Under the pieces are notes generated by a model. It was not told where the DNA came from and did not search any database. It worked only from the letters and a program-made list of their open reading frames with translations. A stretch of DNA of 32,000 nucleotides from Mycobacterium tuberculosis H37Rv (lineage in GTDB: Bacteria; Actinomycetota; Actinomycetes; Mycobacteriales; Mycobacteriaceae). The DNA is taken from assembly GCF_000195955.2 (NCBI RefSeq), contig NC_000962.3:1620001-1652000 (forward strand). The letters run 5' to 3'. How positions within the stretch are numbered: the first letter of the stretch is position 1; every line of letters starts with the position of its first letter. Positions 30,716 to 32,000 of this stretch are shown one piece after another. The translations under genes and the position numbers were made by a program.

Positions 30716-30719
<4 letters not shown>
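29526..30719 (+). CDS. sufD: SufD Fe-S cluster assembly protein, 397 aa
   Basis: ATG 29526 overlaps the sufB stop; DHAHPDCKSNVLYKGALQGDPASSLPDAHTVWVGDV and LEIETGEI..GHASATGRFDDEQLFYLRSRGIPE. Confidence 0.95.

Positions 30720-32000
<1,281 letters not shown>

Overview
This GC-rich window matches the Mycobacterium tuberculosis complex chromosome, gene order equivalent to H37Rv Rv1442 to Rv1464. That assignment comes from recognising proteins and synteny, not from a database search. Content: 3' part of a molybdopterin oxidoreductase (bisC); two small ORFs; a minus-strand pentose-phosphate operon (tkt-tal-zwf2-opcA-pgl); two giant PE_PGRS genes flanking the heme O synthase gene ctaB; a PucR-type regulator; a quinone oxidoreductase (qor); an uncharacterised ATP-grasp-like protein; a minus-strand set mptB / ABC ATPase / ABC permease / CtaA-like heme A synthase; and the suf Fe-S cluster operon (sufR-sufB-sufD-sufC-sufS), where sufB carries a 359-aa LAGLIDADG intein. 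Main second-look items: (1) a ~230-bp, ~43% GC, rare-codon block inside the conserved SufB extein, just upstream of the intein; (2) footprints of a tandem duplication ctaB-PE_PGRS-Rv1453 5' end, with a decayed ctaB relic next to tkt, ~1.26 kb of near-identity between the PE_PGRS 5' halves, and an orphaned leaderless promoter plus micro-ORF upstream of ctaB; (3) 53-bp MIRU units sitting between ATGA/GTGA motifs at operon gene junctions, including the two-copy VNTR between mptB and the ABC ATPase gene; (4) a SufR operator overlapping a GTG start codon; (5) an unannotated relic of an isoprenylcysteine methyltransferase-like gene between the first two small ORFs. I saw no clearly new multi-gene defence or mobile system.
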